From NCBI GenBank assembly GCA_964590265.1, contig CAZPVY010000001.1:1-53962 (forward strand): a stretch of 53,962 nt of DNA, given 5' to 3'. This stretch comes from an uncultured Aquifex sp. Its GTDB lineage: Bacteria; Aquificota; Aquificia; Aquificales; Aquificaceae. This document shows, in pieces, positions 50,839-53,962 of the stretch. Every line of letters starts with the position of its first letter. Within the stretch, counting starts at the first letter, position 1. Both the position numbers and the translations under genes were made by a program. The notes beneath the pieces were generated by a model. The model was not told where the DNA came from, did not search any database, and saw only the letters and a list, made by a program, of their open reading frames with translations.

Positions 50839-51228
50839 TTACTTGAGCTCTACCTCTGCTCCCGCTTCCTCAAGTTTAGCCTTTATTTGTTCTGCTTCTT
50901 CTTTAGAAACTCCTTCCTTTACAGGCTTGGGAGCGTTATCAACGAGCTCTTTTGCTTCCTTAAGACCGAGACCTGTGATCTCCCTGACTGCCTTGATAAC
51001 CTGTATCTTATTCCCGCCGGGAGACTTGAGAATTACGTCAAACTCGGTCTTCTCTTCAGCAGCGGCAGCTCCAGCACCTGCTCCAGCAACAGCGGCAGGA
51101 GCGGCTGCAACCATAGCGGCAGCTGAAACTCCAAACTCTTCCTCAAGTTTCTTTACAAGCTCAGCCACCTCAAGAACGCTCATGTTCTTGATAGCTTCAA
51201 CAATCTCGTCAATGGTAAGTGTAGCCAT
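50839..51228 (-). CDS. rplL: 50S ribosomal protein L7/L12
   Basis: [11 protein letters not shown], Ala hinge, [16 protein letters not shown]; ATG 51228. Confidence 0.98.
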   Translation of the reverse strand: MATLTIDEIVEAIKNMSVLEVAELVKKLEEEFGVSAAAMVAAAPAAVAGAGAGAAAAEEKTEFDVILKSPGGNKIQVIKAVREITGLGLKEAKELVDNAPKPVKEGVSKEEAEQIKAKLEEAGAEVELK

Positions 51229-51240
51229 AACCAAACCTCC

Positions 51241-51789
51241 TTAAGATTTTTGCTCTTCTATAGCTTTCAAAGTGAGAACAAGTTTCTGAGGGACAGCTTT
51301 CAGTGTCATTGCAAGTTGCGTTACAGGCGACAGGAGAACACCCATAAGTTTTGCGATAAGTTCCTCTCTGCTCGGAAGCTCAGCAAGGGCTATTACATCC
51401 TCAGGAGTCATGTATTTGTTGTTCAGCAAACCGCCTTTTATCTTTTCCTTGTAATCCTTATCAAAGGTTTCTTTGAGAAACTCTATCAGCTTTTTGGTGG
51501 TTGTCACGACATCCTCATAGGCAAAGACCGCAGCAGTAGGTCCTATGAAGATATCTCTGTGATCTACAAGAGGGGTGCTTTCAAAGGCTCTGTAAAAGAG
51601 AGTGTTCCTTCCAACCACTATCTCTCCATTGGTAGCCCTTATCTGAGAACGGAGGTTTGAAAAGGGTAGCGCATCAATTCCCTGAAAGTTAAAGAAGACC
51701 ACGAAGCCATTTGATCTCTCAAACCTCTCTTTGTAAGAAGTCACCAGCTCCTTCTTTCTTAGAAGACTCTTCCTTACCTCTTCCGCCAT
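51241..51789 (-). CDS. rplJ: 50S ribosomal protein L10
   Basis: G......LR, .NTL, GPTA, KGG, LPSREEL; lies between rplA and rplL. Confidence 0.95.
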   Translation of the reverse strand: MAEEVRKSLLRKKELVTSYKERFERSNGFVVFFNFQGIDALPFSNLRSQIRATNGEIVVGRNTLFYRAFESTPLVDHRDIFIGPTAAVFAYEDVVTTTKKLIEFLKETFDKDYKEKIKGGLLNNKYMTPEDVIALAELPSREELIAKLMGVLLSPVTQLAMTLKAVPQKLVLTLKAIEEQKS

Positions 51790-51801
51790 AGCTCCTCTCC
51801 T

Positions 51802-52530
51802 TTAAGCTGCAAGCTCTTGCAGCTTCTTCATAGTTTCAGAAATATCTATTTTAATTCCCGGGCTCATAGTGGTTGAAAGGGTTATTGACCTTACATACTG
51901 ACCCTTAGCTCCCGGAGGTTTAGCTCTTACAACCGCATCAATAGCTGCGTAGATGTTTTCAATCAGCTTCTCCCTGTCAAAGGAGACCTTACCTACGGGC
52001 ATATGTATGTTTCCAGCCTTATCAACCTTGAACTCAACCCTACCTTTCTTTGCATCTCTGATAGCCTGCTGTATGTTCCTCGTTACGGTTCCCGTCTTGG
52101 GATTCGGCATCAGACCTCTTGGACCGAGTATCCTTCCAAGCTTCGCTACCTTTGGCATTATCTCAGGGGTCGCTATCACCACGTCGTAGTCTATCCACTC
52201 CTCTTTCAATATCTTGTTTATTAGGTTCTCGCCACCTACATAGTCCGCTCCAGCTTCTTCCGCCTTCTTAGCTTCCTCTCCCTCAGCCAGAACGAGAACC
52301 TTTATAGGCTTTCCGAGTCCATGAGGAAGAACCACCGAACCCCTGACCATCTGATCTGCGTATTTAGGATCAACGTTTAGTCTCATAGCGAGTTCTACAG
52401 TCTCATCAAACCTTCTCTGGGTTGTCTCAGAGATCCTTTTAAGCAGATCAACAGCTTCCTCAACAGTGTAAGTTTTGTTTCTGTCAACAAGCTCTAAAGC
52501 CTTCAGATACTTCTTCCCTCTCTTTGCCAT
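51802..52530 (-). CDS. rplA: 50S ribosomal protein L1
   Basis: FDETVE, DQMVRG...[23 protein letters not shown]. Confidence 0.98.
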   Translation of the reverse strand: MAKRGKKYLKALELVDRNKTYTVEEAVDLLKRISETTQRRFDETVELAMRLNVDPKYADQMVRGSVVLPHGLGKPIKVLVLAEGEEAKKAEEAGADYVGGENLINKILKEEWIDYDVVIATPEIMPKVAKLGRILGPRGLMPNPKTGTVTRNIQQAIRDAKKGRVEFKVDKAGNIHMPVGKVSFDREKLIENIYAAIDAVVRAKPPGAKGQYVRSITLSTTMSPGIKIDISETMKKLQELAA

Positions 52531-52534
52531 GGCT

Positions 52535-52972
52535 TCACTCCTTCCAGCCTTCTATCTCAATACCCATGCTTCTTGCCGTTCCCGCTACCGTTCTCATGGC
52601 AGCCTGAAGATCATCTGTATTCATGTCCTTCAGCTTCGTTTTCGCTATCTCTTCAAGCTGCTTAATCGTTATCTTTCCTACCTTCTGTCTCTTCGGATCA
52701 GAAGCCCCTTTCTCAATACCCGCCGCCTTTTTAAGAAGATAAGAGACAGGCGGGGTTTTCATTATAAAGGTAAAGCTTCTGTCCTGATAGACCGTGATCA
52801 CTACGGGAACAACGGTTCCAGGTTCAAAATCCTTGCTTGCAGCGTTGAACTGCTTTACAAATTCCATTATGTTAACACCATGCTGACCGAGTGCAGGACC
52901 TACTGGTGGTGCGGGGGATGCCTGCTGTGCAGGGAGCATAAGCTCAATAGTTCCTACCACCTTCTTAGCCAT
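52535..52972 (-). CDS. rplK: 50S ribosomal protein L11
   Basis: [28 protein letters not shown]. Confidence 0.98.
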   Translation of the reverse strand: MAKKVVGTIELMLPAQQASPAPPVGPALGQHGVNIMEFVKQFNAASKDFEPGTVVPVVITVYQDRSFTFIMKTPPVSYLLKKAAGIEKGASDPKRQKVGKITIKQLEEIAKTKLKDMNTDDLQAAMRTVAGTARSMGIEIEGWKE

Positions 52973-52984
52973 ATCTTAAGCCTC

Positions 52985-53710
52985 CTATATCTTCTCTACT
53001 TGGTTAAAGTCAAGCTCAACGGGCGTGAGTCTTCCGAATATGCTGATGAGAACCGTCAGCTTTTCCCTTTCAGGGTGCACCTCCTCAACCGTACCAGTAA
53101 AGTTCATGAATGGACCTTCTATTACCCTGATCTGATCACCTTTTTCAAACTCAACCTTTCTTGCCTTAACACCTTTCTGAACCTGCTCAAGTATCCTATT
53201 AACCTCTTCTTCTTTAAGAGGAACGACCTTGCCTCCAACGAGGACAGGTTTATATATGTGAGGTGTTTTTTCAATAGCCCTGAGGAGCTTATCGTTCATG
53301 TGTGCCTTTATCAGTATGTAGCCAGGGAACATTTTGTTATCAAGGATTATCTTCGCCTCAGTTCTGTTGTCCCGGCAAACGAGCTTCTGTCCCGGCTTTG
53401 AAATTGGGGGCGCCTGAAGGCAATCATCGCCTTCAACACTCTCAACTACCCTCACCGTTCCGTTTTCAATTCTGAAGGTTGTAACACCCTTTTTCCCAAG
53501 GACACTTATATCCCTGTTGTTTCCCTTAAGAGATAGCCTGTACTTTTCCTTACCCTGTGCTCTTATAACAACCCGCTCCTCAGCAGGAACGACGACCTCA
53601 TCCACCAAATTTCTCAAGCCCTCAAGCTCAAGGACCTTAAGGAAGTTTTCACGCGCAGCAACTTCCTTTCCAGCCTCAACCTGAAGAGCGTACCACTGTT
53701 TCTCTTCCAT
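52985..53710 (-). CDS. nusG: Transcription elongation factor NusG with domain II insertion
   Basis: WYALQV..G.E, FPGY, KOW motif (GD.IRV.EGPF..F.G), IFGR.TPVEL; ATG 53710 overlaps the secE stop (TGATG). Confidence 0.97.
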   Translation of the reverse strand: MEEKQWYALQVEAGKEVAARENFLKVLELEGLRNLVDEVVVPAEERVVIRAQGKEKYRLSLKGNNRDISVLGKKGVTTFRIENGTVRVVESVEGDDCLQAPPISKPGQKLVCRDNRTEAKIILDNKMFPGYILIKAHMNDKLLRAIEKTPHIYKPVLVGGKVVPLKEEEVNRILEQVQKGVKARKVEFEKGDQIRVIEGPFMNFTGTVEEVHPEREKLTVLISIFGRLTPVELDFNQVEKI

Positions 53711-53904
53711 CAAGCTCCTCTCAATGTAAATATGAGAGACAATATCTTAGTAAAAGCAAGATCTAAAATCCAAAGATAAACTCCTATAACCAAAGAGAAA
53801 ATTATAACACTTATAGTCGCCTTTGTGACGAGGTTTCTGTCGGGCCACGCTACTCGTCTAAGCTCCGTTCTTACTCCCTGAAGGGACTCTCTGAGTGTCT
53901 TCAT
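53710..53904 (-). CDS. secE: Preprotein translocase subunit SecE
   Basis: V..EL.RV.WP followed by a single TM segment; ATG 53904 gives 64 aa. Confidence 0.92.
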   Translation of the reverse strand: MKTLRESLQGVRTELRRVAWPDRNLVTKATISVIIFSLVIGVYLWILDLAFTKILSLIFTLRGA

Positions 53905-53916
53905 GGTGCTTGTCCC

Positions 53917-53962
53917 ATGCGGGGCAGGGAGGACGCGGACCCCCAACCGCGGGATGTGGAGG
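53917..53962 (-). tRNA. 3' half of a tRNA-Trp(CCA)-like sequence, truncated by the window edge and non-canonical
   Basis: CT-CCA-CA loop, T arm GGGGG-TCCGCGT-CCTCC, acceptor strand CTGCCCC-G; sits in the usual tRNA-Trp position upstream of secE. Confidence 0.6.

Noticed and set aside
51055-51125. GCN-rich quasi-repeat
   Set aside because: It encodes the normal Ala/Gly hinge of L7/L12
53905-53946. N-terminal extension of SecE (MGVRVLPAPHGTST)
   Set aside because: It is a translation of the tRNA T arm and acceptor stem; the SecE-like sequence begins at ATG 53904

Overview
A gene-dense, mostly core-genome window (roughly 44-45% GC by spot counts) from a member of the Aquificaceae (Aquifex/Hydrogenivirga-like). 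The assignment rests on a NusG with a domain II insertion, a 513-aa CC-adding-type tRNA nucleotidyltransferase, a 111-aa Trbp111, an HDLP/AcuC deacetylase, an extended S19 and large RNA polymerase insertions. The left 32 kb holds gatB-rpiB-ftsW, ispE-tRNA-Gln-prs-rplY-pth, accD-mgtC, an RlmI-type methyltransferase, soeABC, pabB, a cupin, a low-GC NERD gene, dapL, a CBS/degenerate-GGDEF/Cache protein coupled to acuC, a beta-propeller, the CC-adding enzyme, moeA, a sigma-28 flagellin operon, gcvPB, tpx, trbp111, and ribBA with a membrane diguanylate cyclase. The right 22 kb is an unbroken secE-nusG-rplKAJL-rpoBC-rpsLG-fusA-tuf-S10 cluster ending at rpsQ. No CRISPR array, IS element or prophage is visible. 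The best candidate for an undescribed system is the soluble CBS + inactive-GGDEF + Cache protein translationally coupled to the lysine deacetylase, a possible nucleotide-sensing AcuB analogue. Other notable signals are an ispE stop codon inside tRNA-Gln, repeated leaderless-type gene starts, a compositionally mosaic flagellin, a codon-shifted tuf, and a Fur/PerR-like operator on tpx. All family assignments are by motif recognition; no searches were run.
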